From the IMG/VR virus record IMGVR_UViG_3300033073_001332, positions 155,554 to 219,553 of that record: a stretch of 64,000 bases of DNA; one strand, written 5' to 3'. Of the stretch, positions 12,901-22,487 are shown in pieces. This DNA is from a virus (Duplodnaviria; Caudoviricetes). The translations under genes were made by a program, and so were the position numbers. The notes beneath the pieces were generated by a model. That model was not told where the DNA came from and ran no database searches. It worked only from the letters and a program-made list of their open reading frames with translations. Every line of letters starts with the position of its first letter. The first letter of the stretch is position 1.

Positions 12901-12955
12901 CGTAATTCAAGTTGATGCTTCAGGGGTGATAACAAATGTACAAATCTGCCCATAA
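9929..12955 (+). CDS. SprB-repeat, Cys-rich virion/adhesin-like protein
   Basis: Repeated GxxPYTYxWxNG...GLxxGTYxxTVTDxxGC units typical of SprB repeats. Confidence 0.7.
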   Translation: MACVSGLTNGVYSYIDCCGNTQTGVSVGQSICLDETLTGTSFGVYIATGQTCTENCNQGPLDVSFSVTGVCSAATGTITFYPTGGISPYTIDNTFDPSISAQTGTTQITFSGLSGGTYVFRLNDSQGIQNNELFINVTISGCFDAKIYNTSGTTCGLDNGYFEVSAATSGSPYTILLYKDGVYDSTVGAATLPQPFSNLASGIYYAIVVDNALATAYTENTVISATTAVDFGFWKVDTSNCDLNWGKLAVTGMTGTGPYTYLWDNGQTTQIITGLTQGTYSCTVTDSLGCQTTKSETIGVAQPLGLAFQTAVQPSCFQNDGSLTFTVTGGTLPFYYSATTGLVGYTLDNEFTISGLSAGNYDVLVRDASYCQTIVSGNLLTPGSFDLVGVSVTNPVCNINGGSIQINIGGANQSYNYTLSGQTSGSVQSNVSQSQTYTFSNLVTDNYLITISGSGSSCVYRQEVSVTSTPKFSISATTTGSTCGQLNGTAVIQVSTGYTSPLDYILSNGDTLIDSPLSAITYTDLAAGSYTISVTDADGCVVTTGFTISTGGSLVTGLSTTNCNGTNNGTATVNIYDGSPPFTYSWSNGQTGSTATNLSGGTYDVTITDASGCTQTQNFTITCIGNLITSYQTFNLCTNTFTTTSSNQRGLIEMLNEGYLDITSGYTGCSFNSAELTCEVEINGTAYTQTFYTATTLNDVPQDTLWQTTIEDILSGIPQIQSYEVNLLNNTLTIYSNCDGDEDPLSDADFSLSLSIVYDVTCTGTLYPAPPAPPVTYEALYTSTSFANVSSSIWPISGVESGTISYSGAPNEILTMRVTLPNLINFSGGTSINGINYNEYSASTFTASTNSSGVGTLTLISSATTHTNVYGQKIHYLEILNSSSGSTIGPPGNGSSWLRWRYTNPISGSQNLIGGNTISATTSGDACNNITYDTSYRIINTGLTINTGSTVYSGTTGAILVNGNNKWISVYYPAAPSGLGYYSGFTYGTKYVIQVDASGVITNVQICP

Positions 12956-13242
12956 TGCCATCACAACTAATTATATCGGGGGAGACAGGAGGTACACCTC
13001 CTTATCAGTTCTATGTATGTGACCAATACATGAATAATTGTTTTTTGTTAGGTTCAACAGGTACAACATATACTCTTAATTCATTTTTTTCATCGGCACA
13101 AGTTTTACTAATCAAATTAGTTGATAGTACTGGGTGTTTAATTTTTAAATACGTTTATTGTCCTAACGACACGTTCTTTATATTAACTGAGACAGCACTC
13201 ATAATAACCACAGAAAGTGGGGATAGTTTAGTTTGGATATAA
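12955..13242 (+). CDS. Small Cys-containing virion protein (paralogue family)
   Basis: GTPPYQFYVCD...IKLVDSTGC module shared with 13243 and 19919 ORFs. Confidence 0.6.
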   Translation: MPSQLIISGETGGTPPYQFYVCDQYMNNCFLLGSTGTTYTLNSFFSSAQVLLIKLVDSTGCLIFKYVYCPNDTFFILTETALIITTESGDSLVWI

Positions 13243-13527
13243 ATGTTAATTGAAGTAACAGGAGTAACAAGTGGAACAAGTCCGTACAACATTTATGTGT
13301 GCGACTCAAACAACATCGCATGTTTTTTTATTACTGCGGTTACCTCATTTTCACCTTCAGTAGTAATAAATACAGATAATTTTTTTCCAAACGCACCTGC
13401 GGTTTATCTTAAAATTTTAGATGGCACTTTATGTGAGAAATTATATTTATTAGAATGTGGAGTTTATAGTTTCCAAGATGGGAATGTGTTTATTTTCATG
13501 GATGGTAACATTAATGTGTTCCAATAA
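13243..13527 (+). CDS. Small Cys-containing virion protein (paralogue family)
   Basis: GTSPYNIYVCD...LKILDGTLC module. Confidence 0.6.
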   Translation: MLIEVTGVTSGTSPYNIYVCDSNNIACFFITAVTSFSPSVVINTDNFFPNAPAVYLKILDGTLCEKLYLLECGVYSFQDGNVFIFMDGNINVFQ

Positions 13528-13554
13528 TTATTTCTACAATATTTATAAAGTGAT

Positions 13555-16500
13555 ATGCCAACTTATAATAGACTAACCGATAGGTCTTTAGCGACCGGAG
13601 TAACACTAAATGATTTAATTCATATAGTAATAACGGGTGATACGTCACAAAACGCCGCGGGTTCATCATATAAAGCAACAATTCGACAATTAGCAAATGC
13701 AATTACTGGGGCGACAGGAACTGCAGGTACTGCCGGTACATCTGGAACAAACGGAACTTCAGGTACTAGTGGTATTGGAACAAACGGAACTTCAGGTACT
13801 AGTGGTATTGGAACAAACGGAACTTCAGGTACTAGTGGTGTTGGTACTAACGGAACTTCAGGTACTAGTGGTGTTGGTACTAACGGAACGTCAGGGACTA
13901 ATGGGACAAACGGAACGTCAGGAACTAATGGTACTAGTGGTATTTCATTTATTTGGAGAGGTAATTGGGACAATTTAATTAATTATGATTTGAATGACGT
14001 TGTGTACTATAATGGTAGTTCATACATAAATGTAGACGTTTCTCACGATAATCAAGGTATGACTCCACCTTCATCCGGTATATGGGAATTAATGGTCGAA
14101 AGTGGTACATCAGGAACAAGTGGTGCTAGTGGAACTAGTGGGAGCTCAGGACTAAACGGAACATCGGGCACGAATGGTACAAGTGGAAGTAGCGGTTCAT
14201 CAGGTTTATCGGGAACAAACGGTACTAGTGGGACTGATGGGTCTTCAGGGATGTCTGGTATTGACGGAGCGTTAAGCGCTAGATGGTTATTTGGGTCAAC
14301 ATACACACCACCTACATCACCTGTAGTGGCGAATGGATATTTTTATACTGATAATGTAAATTTAAATACTATAACTGAATTTTATATTGCGGTCGTAGGT
14401 GAAAATACCGTTGATTATACAACCATGTTTATAAAATTAGCGGCTAGCGCTTCAATTATTGCAACAATTACTGATGTTACAAATAATTCAATTCTTGGTA
14501 GTTGGGATATTCAATCAATTACAAATCAAGGGTTATCATACTCTTTTGTAACTAATAATACATTAGCCTCTAATGGAACACTAACACCTGGTTCATCTTA
14601 TTCTATAAGTTTTTCTATTGTAGGTGGTAGTGGTTCTTCAGGTAGTTCTGGTTCAAGTGGAACAAGTGGTTCTTCAGGTAGTTCTGGAACTTCAGGTTCA
14701 AGTGGTTCAAGTGGAAGCTCAGGACTAAATGGAACATCAGGTTCTTCAGGTTTATCAGGGACAAATGGAAGTTCAGGTTCAAGTGGAACAAGTGGTTCTT
14801 CAGGTAGTTCTGGAACTTCAGGTTCAAGTGGTTCAAGTGGAACATCAGGTTCATCAGGAACAGGGTTTAATGCGGTCCAAACACCTGCTGTTACAAGAGT
14901 TTTAACATCTGATGGAACAACAACAGGTGCAATTGCACAATCAGGATTAACATATAACGGCAGTCAATTAACTGTTAGCGGTTTAACCTATACGAGCGGA
15001 ATTACATCTATTAGTGGAATCATATTCAAACAAGTAACAATTAATAGTTCTTATACTGCAACGACTCAAGACTACATGATTGATGTAACAGGAGGAACAT
15101 TCACCGTATCACTACCAACTGCGGTAGGACAACAAGGTAGGTTATATGTAATTAAAAACAATGGTGGGGGTGCAGTTACGGTAGACCCGTTTGGGAGCGA
15201 AACAATTGATGGGAAACCTTTTGTAATATTAGGTGAAACAAACTCAATTCAAATAGCAAGTAATGGTACAGAATGGGTGGCATTAGGGTATAACATATCA
15301 ACGGTAAACTCATCAACGGGTGTATTTGAATTTTCAGGTTTAACTATAGCGTCACCAACCACATTTACCGTTGCCCCCGTTAAGGGTTGGATTGTGGATG
15401 ATACAAGTAATCCATTATCACCACAACTTTATTATGTGTCATATAGTGGTGGAACACATACTGCGAGTTACGTAACAACAAATACGGGAACTTGGATTTA
15501 TTTAACAAGTGGAGGGACAATATCCCAACAACCTACCGCGTTAACAGATATTCAAAGAAGACAAAATATATTTTTAGGTAAATTAGGTCATGCAAATAAA
15601 ACAAGTATCATTAATGCGTTTAGCCAACCTGATTTTGTTTTATCACCTTTGGCACAACTTCGTGATGTGTTCGACCCAATTAGTTTAATTAATGAGGGGG
15701 TTCAGACATCAGCAAATGGCACAAATTTATCATTTAATACAAGTGCGGGATATCTTCACGGATTGGGTATTAATTTTGCAAATGATACATTAAACCCTAA
15801 TACATTATATATATCAGGGACATCACCATGTACTTTTCAATATAGAACACAAACAGGAGGAACATCATCAAACGTCACACTTATAGACCCTACAAAATAT
15901 GATGTTGGAGGTGTAATTACAAGTTTATCAGGAACTAAAGCAACCAATCAAAGAATTTATTTAGTACAAAATGGGGTGTTTAGGGTTCAATATGGACAGA
16001 CCCAATACTCAACATTAGCACAGGCAGTTGCAGGTATCGCAACTGAACAATATGTAGAATTTGTTAACTTTCAAACAAATGGTATTTTAATCGGTGTATT
16101 ATCAGTTTTAAGTTCGGCAACGGATTTATCAGACTCAAGTAAAGCGTTATTTTTTAACGTATCGAAATTTGGTGACGCAACAGGTGCTGCCGGAGGAACT
16201 CCAACAACAAATTTACAACAAGCATATAATAACTCATCAGAACCTGAAATAATCATTAATTCAACATTAGGTGCATTATCAATTAAAAATGGTAGTGGTA
16301 ATCCGGACATCACTACAAATATATTTGAAGGTGTCGACTCAACAAATAATGTAACATCTTATATAACTGCAAGGGGCGATGTAACCGGGTCTAGGTTTAC
16401 TACCACTGGTATAATTAGTGGAGGTTCGGTAACGTCACCAACCATATCAGCAACTACATTATCCGCAAATACAATTTCATCACCTACAATATCTGCAACT

Positions 16501-17016
16501 ACTTTATCTGCAAATACAATTTCATCACCAACAATAACATCACCAACAATATCGGCAACCACACTTTCAGCAACAACAATAGTTTTAAATGGGTCTAATA
16601 TAACATCATCTTGGACATCATACACACCTATTTGGTCATCAAATGGTACCCAACCTGTCTTAGGTAATGGTTCACTTACAGGAGCATACAAAGTTATTGG
16701 TAAAACATGTTTTGTACGTGCAAGATTAGCACTTGGAACAACATCAACAGGTGGTAGTGGACATTGGTTATTTAGTTTACCTTTTTCTGCTTCTACTTCA
16801 GATGGTATACAATTCCCATGCTCAATGCTTGATAACGGAAATGCGTGGTATGAGGGGACAGTTAATGGAACATATGCTGGACTTACTGATAAAACTGCAA
16901 TCATAGCTAAATCTAGTGGAACAACAAGCTCATCAGAAGCAGTAACTGCAACTATGCCATTCGTATGGGGAGCTGCGGATAGTCTACAATTTAATGGTTC
17001 ATACGAAATTGCTTAA
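13555..17016 (+). CDS. Tail fibre-like protein with Gly-X-X (GTS/GTN/GSS) repeats
   Basis: Three Gly-X-X repeat blocks; WRGNWDNLINYDLNDVVYYNGSSY module; VSLP...YVIKNNG...ETIDG fibre motif; TATTTATA at 13540. Confidence 0.75.
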   Translation: MPTYNRLTDRSLATGVTLNDLIHIVITGDTSQNAAGSSYKATIRQLANAITGATGTAGTAGTSGTNGTSGTSGIGTNGTSGTSGIGTNGTSGTSGVGTNGTSGTSGVGTNGTSGTNGTNGTSGTNGTSGISFIWRGNWDNLINYDLNDVVYYNGSSYINVDVSHDNQGMTPPSSGIWELMVESGTSGTSGASGTSGSSGLNGTSGTNGTSGSSGSSGLSGTNGTSGTDGSSGMSGIDGALSARWLFGSTYTPPTSPVVANGYFYTDNVNLNTITEFYIAVVGENTVDYTTMFIKLAASASIIATITDVTNNSILGSWDIQSITNQGLSYSFVTNNTLASNGTLTPGSSYSISFSIVGGSGSSGSSGSSGTSGSSGSSGTSGSSGSSGSSGLNGTSGSSGLSGTNGSSGSSGTSGSSGSSGTSGSSGSSGTSGSSGTGFNAVQTPAVTRVLTSDGTTTGAIAQSGLTYNGSQLTVSGLTYTSGITSISGIIFKQVTINSSYTATTQDYMIDVTGGTFTVSLPTAVGQQGRLYVIKNNGGGAVTVDPFGSETIDGKPFVILGETNSIQIASNGTEWVALGYNISTVNSSTGVFEFSGLTIASPTTFTVAPVKGWIVDDTSNPLSPQLYYVSYSGGTHTASYVTTNTGTWIYLTSGGTISQQPTALTDIQRRQNIFLGKLGHANKTSIINAFSQPDFVLSPLAQLRDVFDPISLINEGVQTSANGTNLSFNTSAGYLHGLGINFANDTLNPNTLYISGTSPCTFQYRTQTGGTSSNVTLIDPTKYDVGGVITSLSGTKATNQRIYLVQNGVFRVQYGQTQYSTLAQAVAGIATEQYVEFVNFQTNGILIGVLSVLSSATDLSDSSKALFFNVSKFGDATGAAGGTPTTNLQQAYNNSSEPEIIINSTLGALSIKNGSGNPDITTNIFEGVDSTNNVTSYITARGDVTGSRFTTTGIISGGSVTSPTISATTLSANTISSPTISATTLSANTISSPTITSPTISATTLSATTIVLNGSNITSSWTSYTPIWSSNGTQPVLGNGSLTGAYKVIGKTCFVRARLALGTTSTGGSGHWLFSLPFSASTSDGIQFPCSMLDNGNAWYEGTVNGTYAGLTDKTAIIAKSSGTTSSSEAVTATMPFVWGAADSLQFNGSYEIA
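13720..14862 (+). repeat. Coding Gly-X-X repeat blocks
   Basis: GGN-ACN/TCN triplet repeats, including near-exact 24-nt units. Confidence 0.85.
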
Positions 17017-17063
17017 TCATTTATTTACGTAACAAATTTCATATCTTCTAAAAAAAGAAGAGA

Positions 17064-18263
17064 ATGAAAATATTTGTTCAAATTGCATCTTATCGTGACC
17101 CCGAACTTTTACCAACCATCAGAGATTGTATCCATAAAGCAAAGTATCCTGAAAATTTAACATTTGGAATTTGTTGGCAACATGATGAAACCGAATCGAT
17201 GGAAGAATTTGCAAATGACGAAAGATTTAAAATCTTAGACTATCATTGGAGTTGGAGTAAAGGTCTTTGTTGGGCTCGTTCTGAAATTCAAAAACTATGG
17301 AATGGTGAAGAGTATACGATGCAATTAGATTCACATCACAGATTTTTACAAGATTGGGATGTTGAATTAATTGAAATGATGAAACTTACAGGTTCAGAAA
17401 AACCAATCATCACAACATATGCCGGAATGTACCGACCAAGTGATAATCAATTATTGAATATTGAACCATACAAAATGGTGGCATCTAATTTCACACCAGG
17501 AGGAACAATTCTTTTTAGACCACACGTTATTGAAAATTGGCAAACTTTAGATAAACCAATCCCTGCAAGATTTGTAAGCGGACACTTCTTTTTTACTATT
17601 GGAAAACATTGTGAGGAATACAAGTATGACCCCAATTTATATTTTGCCGGTGATGAAATCAGTTTATCCATTAGGTCATTTACTTTAGGTTATGATTTAT
17701 TTCACCCTTATAAGACGGTTATTTGGCATGAATACACAAGAGAAGGTAGGACAAAACATTGGACAGACTTCAACGATGAAAACAAAAACAAAGGTGTTGT
17801 TGAAAAGCCTTGGTGGATTATGGATAATGAATCCAAAAGAAGATTAAGGCACATGTTACAAGAGGAAGATAATAATATTGACCTTGAAGAATACGGATTA
17901 GGTAATGTAAGAACACATAGTGATTATGAACTTTATGCTGGTATTAATTTTAAAGAAAGAGTTTTACATGAAAACACTATAAAAGGAATAGACCCACCTG
18001 TTAATGATAATAGTGATTGGTATTTAAAAACTAAAAACACATATAATTTAGAACTTGATATTCCTTTTACTGAAAACTTTAAATTCATTTATATTGGTAT
18101 TGAAGACGATAATGGAAATGTGATACATCGACAAGATTTAACGTCATACACCCCCAAGATTAAAGTTAAAATTGAAAGTTTTTCTAAACCACATAAGTGG
18201 GTATATTGGGTTAACAACATAAACGATGAATGGGTAAATAGACAAGATATTTTATTTTTATAA
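17064..18263 (+). CDS. GT60-family (Skp1/Gnt1-like) polypeptide alpha-GlcNAc transferase
   Basis: IFVQIASYRDPEL, GLCWAR, MQLDSHHRF (DxH), YDPNLYFAGDEI, WHEY motifs match GT60/PF11397-type enzymes. Confidence 0.85.
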   Translation: MKIFVQIASYRDPELLPTIRDCIHKAKYPENLTFGICWQHDETESMEEFANDERFKILDYHWSWSKGLCWARSEIQKLWNGEEYTMQLDSHHRFLQDWDVELIEMMKLTGSEKPIITTYAGMYRPSDNQLLNIEPYKMVASNFTPGGTILFRPHVIENWQTLDKPIPARFVSGHFFFTIGKHCEEYKYDPNLYFAGDEISLSIRSFTLGYDLFHPYKTVIWHEYTREGRTKHWTDFNDENKNKGVVEKPWWIMDNESKRRLRHMLQEEDNNIDLEEYGLGNVRTHSDYELYAGINFKERVLHENTIKGIDPPVNDNSDWYLKTKNTYNLELDIPFTENFKFIYIGIEDDNGNVIHRQDLTSYTPKIKVKIESFSKPHKWVYWVNNINDEWVNRQDILFL

Positions 18264-18320
18264 ACCAAAGGGTAATAAAATAGATTTTTGATTATTTATA
18301 TAATAAAGTTTCACACTTAA

Positions 18321-19919
18321 ATGGCTAATGTAATTTTTAGTAGTTGTTGTTATAACCTCGTATATAGTGCCACGAGTTTTTTTGGTACAAGTACGGTAGG
18401 TACGGTTCACAGCGTTAGCGGTGATACAAACATGCCTGATGGTTGTTATACAATTATGTCATCAGGTACGGGTACCTTAATTACTTTTGATGGTTCTTCT
18501 ACGGTCGCTTCAGGGTGTACAAGTTTACAATGCATTGATTGTTGCTCAAGTACTTTATGTATTAGTGTACCAACTACATTATATAGTGGATATAGTGGAA
18601 ACTACACGGTTCAAGGAGGACATAACTCATACCCATATTGGACAGGAGGAACATCAAGTATAGGATACTTACATTATAACGGAACTTATTGGTGTTTAAG
18701 TAATTCTTTAAGTGGTTCTTGTATATTCTTTGGGTCAAACCCAACATTTTCAGTATGTCCTGATTTAGATGAAACGGTAATGACAACAGGTGCTTGTGTT
18801 CCAACACCAACACCATATGACCCGTGTTCTGTTTTGGATTTTGATGTTTTGTTGGAATGCAATATCCCAACTCCAACACCTACACCGACCCCAACTCCTA
18901 CACCTACACCAACCCCAACGCCAACTCCAACAGCAAATATTTGTAGTGCATTTACGGCTAATATAACATATCAAACCGCAACACCTACACCAACTCCAAC
19001 ACCGACACCCACACCAACCCCAACACCGACGGTTACACCTTCGGCAGATACGGTTACGTTTGTGGTTGATAATGGGAACTTTGTCTGTGCTACGGTTAAA
19101 GAATTGGTTGATTGTTATACGGGAACTAAATATTATGTTTCAGGACCATTGTTATTAACAGGTTCTACTGCAACAACTATCACAACAACAGGAACAACAA
19201 TCTATGGTGTGATAAATAATGATATAAGATGTGCAACATATACACAAAATGTTAATGGAAGTGCAAATGCATCAATTCAATATATAATTTCAGCATATAC
19301 TGGTTATTGTTCGGTTTCTTGTGTTACTCCAACACCTACTCCAACTCCTACTCCAACACCAACTCCAACTCCTACACCAACACCAACTCCGACTCCAACT
19401 TACGCAGCTGGAACCGTGTTTGTATTTACATCTTGTACTTCTAATAGTATGATAACACAAACATCATACCCGCCAACTAACCTTACTATTGGTAATGTAT
19501 TAAAAACTTTATCAGGTGATTGTTATAGTTATGTTGGAAACTATGTGGGATATGTTGCTCCGTCAGGATATGTGGTTGCAAATATAAATCAATTTACTGC
19601 AACTACAGCCACGACATACACTGATTGCGTTGATTGTTTAACCGTGACTGCAGCCACTACATCGTATAACACATGGAAAGGAAGTTTTGGATTTGCCTTG
19701 AATTGTCCTGTTTGTCAAATAACTGACTTTGGTAGAAAAAATACTTTCTACACATCTAATCTAATATCTGAAATTACTACAGGTGTCTACATCTTTAGTG
19801 ATTCAGGATTAACTAAACCGGTAACTGAAGATTACCTACAATACGGAAACTTTATTTATAGAGTCGATGTAAGTGGTAAATTAACACAATACTGTACCGT
19901 AAACGGAAATTGTAAATAA
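18321..19919 (+). CDS. Cys-rich virion protein with three (PT)n mucin-like tracts
   Basis: PTPTPT tracts separating Cys-rich modules; TATTTATA at 18293. Confidence 0.65.
   Translation: MANVIFSSCCYNLVYSATSFFGTSTVGTVHSVSGDTNMPDGCYTIMSSGTGTLITFDGSSTVASGCTSLQCIDCCSSTLCISVPTTLYSGYSGNYTVQGGHNSYPYWTGGTSSIGYLHYNGTYWCLSNSLSGSCIFFGSNPTFSVCPDLDETVMTTGACVPTPTPYDPCSVLDFDVLLECNIPTPTPTPTPTPTPTPTPTPTPTANICSAFTANITYQTATPTPTPTPTPTPTPTPTVTPSADTVTFVVDNGNFVCATVKELVDCYTGTKYYVSGPLLLTGSTATTITTTGTTIYGVINNDIRCATYTQNVNGSANASIQYIISAYTGYCSVSCVTPTPTPTPTPTPTPTPTPTPTPTPTYAAGTVFVFTSCTSNSMITQTSYPPTNLTIGNVLKTLSGDCYSYVGNYVGYVAPSGYVVANINQFTATTATTYTDCVDCLTVTAATTSYNTWKGSFGFALNCPVCQITDFGRKNTFYTSNLISEITTGVYIFSDSGLTKPVTEDYLQYGNFIYRVDVSGKLTQYCTVNGNCK
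18867..19400 (+). repeat. Three coding (Pro-Thr)n hexanucleotide tracts
   Basis: Degenerate CCN-ACN repeats. Confidence 0.85.
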
Positions 19920-20857
19920 TGGCTATAAATGTAACCGTAAGTTCAATAGTATCAGGGACATCACCATATAATGTATGGGTATGTGATAGTTGTGACATTG
20001 GTGCGACTTGCCAATACATAGACTCATTTTCAACAAGTGCATACACATTTACTCTACCAACAATTTATGAAAGTTACTCAACATATTATGTTAAAGTAAT
20101 TGATTCAAATGGTTGTAGTTATTGTATGTCTCCTGATTTAATTGGTTGTAATATTTTTGTTGGTTATTGGGATGGAAACAATTATTACAAATATAATGTA
20201 ATGAGTGATATTGAAGAAGGACCATTATCATTAGTAATTACACCAACCGTAGACAATAGTCCGATGGCGAATACCGACGATAAGATATGGTTCTTATCGT
20301 CAACAGGTGCCACTGAATTAGATATTACTATTGACCCATTTACTAACACATATAGTAGAGAAATAGCAATCAATTTAGATGTGAACAAAGAAATATTTGC
20401 TATTGATAATAATAACTTATTAGTACTGGCTACAAACACAGGGACATCAACAACTCATGTTTATAGTGCTAACATTACTGGTACAACGGCATCTACAACA
20501 AATCTTATTCAGATTGTAGGTTCCCTTTCAGGTGAACCCTTTATTAGGGATATGAAACTATCAACCGAAGATAAATTAATTGTTATTGGTACAAAAACGG
20601 GAACAACTTATTTACAACAATATGATTACGTTTCAGGAGGTACTTTAGAAGTTGAAATAAACTTATCAGGAATAACTAACGTAGGTTCATTGGTAGAAAC
20701 GAACGACCAATTTTATATTTTAAACAATTCAAATGAAGTTTATCAGATAAATTTAACGGCACCATATTTAATAACGTTTGTAAAAACATCAACAACACCA
20801 ATAGGTTTTGGAAGGTCTTCACAAAAATATGGATGTATAACACAAAAATTCACATAA
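19919..20857 (+). CDS. Virion protein: N-terminal paralogous Cys module plus beta-rich domain
   Basis: GTSPYNVWVCD...VKVIDSNGC N-terminus. Confidence 0.55.
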   Translation: MAINVTVSSIVSGTSPYNVWVCDSCDIGATCQYIDSFSTSAYTFTLPTIYESYSTYYVKVIDSNGCSYCMSPDLIGCNIFVGYWDGNNYYKYNVMSDIEEGPLSLVITPTVDNSPMANTDDKIWFLSSTGATELDITIDPFTNTYSREIAINLDVNKEIFAIDNNNLLVLATNTGTSTTHVYSANITGTTASTTNLIQIVGSLSGEPFIRDMKLSTEDKLIVIGTKTGTTYLQQYDYVSGGTLEVEINLSGITNVGSLVETNDQFYILNNSNEVYQINLTAPYLITFVKTSTTPIGFGRSSQKYGCITQKFT

Positions 20858-20858
20858 A

Positions 20859-22457
20859 ATGGGTCAATTAAGTGGTAATAGTTGTAATATAATAACCCTT
20901 TTTCCTTTGGGATTAGAATGTAATAGTGTTAATTCGTCAACACCACAAACAACAAATGGTTTGATTTCGTTATATATTACAGGTGGAACACCACCTTATA
21001 ATGTTACATGGAATAATGGTCAACAAGGAACATTATTAACAAATCTTGGACCTGGTGATTATACAGCAACCGTAGTTGATTTTTATGGTGATTTTACAGG
21101 AACAACAACATGTACGGTTGGGTATGATAGTTTCTATTTAGAAGAGTTTGAAGATTGTTCTAATTCTGGAAGTTACATATATTATTTAGCTGACTTATAT
21201 AACCCATTCAGTGCGTCTTCTGTTTACAGATTAACAACACAGACAGGTTGTTGGACAAGTAGTGGAACTACATTACACACAGGTCAAACATATTATGATT
21301 ATTTTGCTGTGAGTTCGGCAGGACCTTACACAGGTTGTACAGAGTGTTTACCACCGGTTACACCTACACCAATCATACCAAGTGGATTATGTTTAACACA
21401 AACCGTTAACTCAACACCTACATTAATTAATTTCTACTCAGCAGGGACACTTAATGGTATGATGAGTTGGACTAGTGTAACACCAAGTTATAAAATATAT
21501 TATAGTTCAGGAACAACAAAATGGATGTTGAGTGGATGGACAAATGGTTCAGTATTCAAACAATCACCAACATCACCACCAACAGGAAGTTGGACCGTAA
21601 CAGGACCAAGTGCGTTTACAACAACAATTACGGTATTATCTGGTAATTGTTCTTCAGCACCATTGAAAGTTAAAGTAAATTCTACAAACCCAATATGTGC
21701 AAATCAAACAAATGGGTCTATGATTTTAACAGGAAGTGGAGGAGTCCCTACCTACACCTACTCATTGAATGGCGTTAATTACCAATCATCAAACATCTTC
21801 TCAAGTTTAGGTGTCGGTACATATACGGTATATATTAAAGATTCGGTTGGTAACGTATATTCAACAACCCAAACTTTAGTACCACAACAAAGTGTACAAA
21901 ATTATGTGGTTAGTTTGAATCTTAACGAACAAACTCCACAATCATTTGGTAACGCAACAAGTAAAACAACAAACTGGTCAATATCGGTTTCACCGGCGTT
22001 ACCTACAGGAACAACGGTAAACATGACACTCACATTCAACGTTAATTATACCGCAAATACAAATACATCAACGATTGTTCCTACAATAACAAATTCAATA
22101 ACTTCCACAACTTCTCCAAATGCGGTTGTAACACAAACAAGTGTAAGTACAACGACAGGTACAAGTACGGCAAGACCAAGTTGTACTAATGGATTCACTA
22201 GAACAAGTGCATATACTGAAACATATAGTGTACAATTAACAAATAATGGTTCGGCGAATGGTACGATTGTTCAATATGTGAACACTCCTTGTGTTGCTAC
22301 AGGTTGTGTATTAAATGGATTTATAGTTGATAGTGTTTCTATACAAAACATTTCAATTACACCATCACTTTGTAGAAGTATTAATAAAAATGTTACACCA
22401 CAGAAAACACAACTTAATAAAACAGGTAATTTATGTCCTGCGGCGAGTGGAGCGTAA
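20859..22457 (+). CDS. SprB-repeat, Thr-rich virion protein
   Basis: GGTPPYNVTWNNG...LGPGDYTATVVD and GGVPTYTYSLNG...LGVGTYTVYIKD. Confidence 0.65.
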   Translation: MGQLSGNSCNIITLFPLGLECNSVNSSTPQTTNGLISLYITGGTPPYNVTWNNGQQGTLLTNLGPGDYTATVVDFYGDFTGTTTCTVGYDSFYLEEFEDCSNSGSYIYYLADLYNPFSASSVYRLTTQTGCWTSSGTTLHTGQTYYDYFAVSSAGPYTGCTECLPPVTPTPIIPSGLCLTQTVNSTPTLINFYSAGTLNGMMSWTSVTPSYKIYYSSGTTKWMLSGWTNGSVFKQSPTSPPTGSWTVTGPSAFTTTITVLSGNCSSAPLKVKVNSTNPICANQTNGSMILTGSGGVPTYTYSLNGVNYQSSNIFSSLGVGTYTVYIKDSVGNVYSTTQTLVPQQSVQNYVVSLNLNEQTPQSFGNATSKTTNWSISVSPALPTGTTVNMTLTFNVNYTANTNTSTIVPTITNSITSTTSPNAVVTQTSVSTTTGTSTARPSCTNGFTRTSAYTETYSVQLTNNGSANGTIVQYVNTPCVATGCVLNGFIVDSVSIQNISITPSLCRSINKNVTPQKTQLNKTGNLCPAASGA

Positions 22458-22487
22458 TAAAAAAATAAAAAAAGATATTTATAAAAT

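Noticed and set aside
13720-19400. Tandem repeats as a CRISPR array
   Set aside because: In-frame coding repeats with synonymous variation; no repeat-spacer structure and no cas genes
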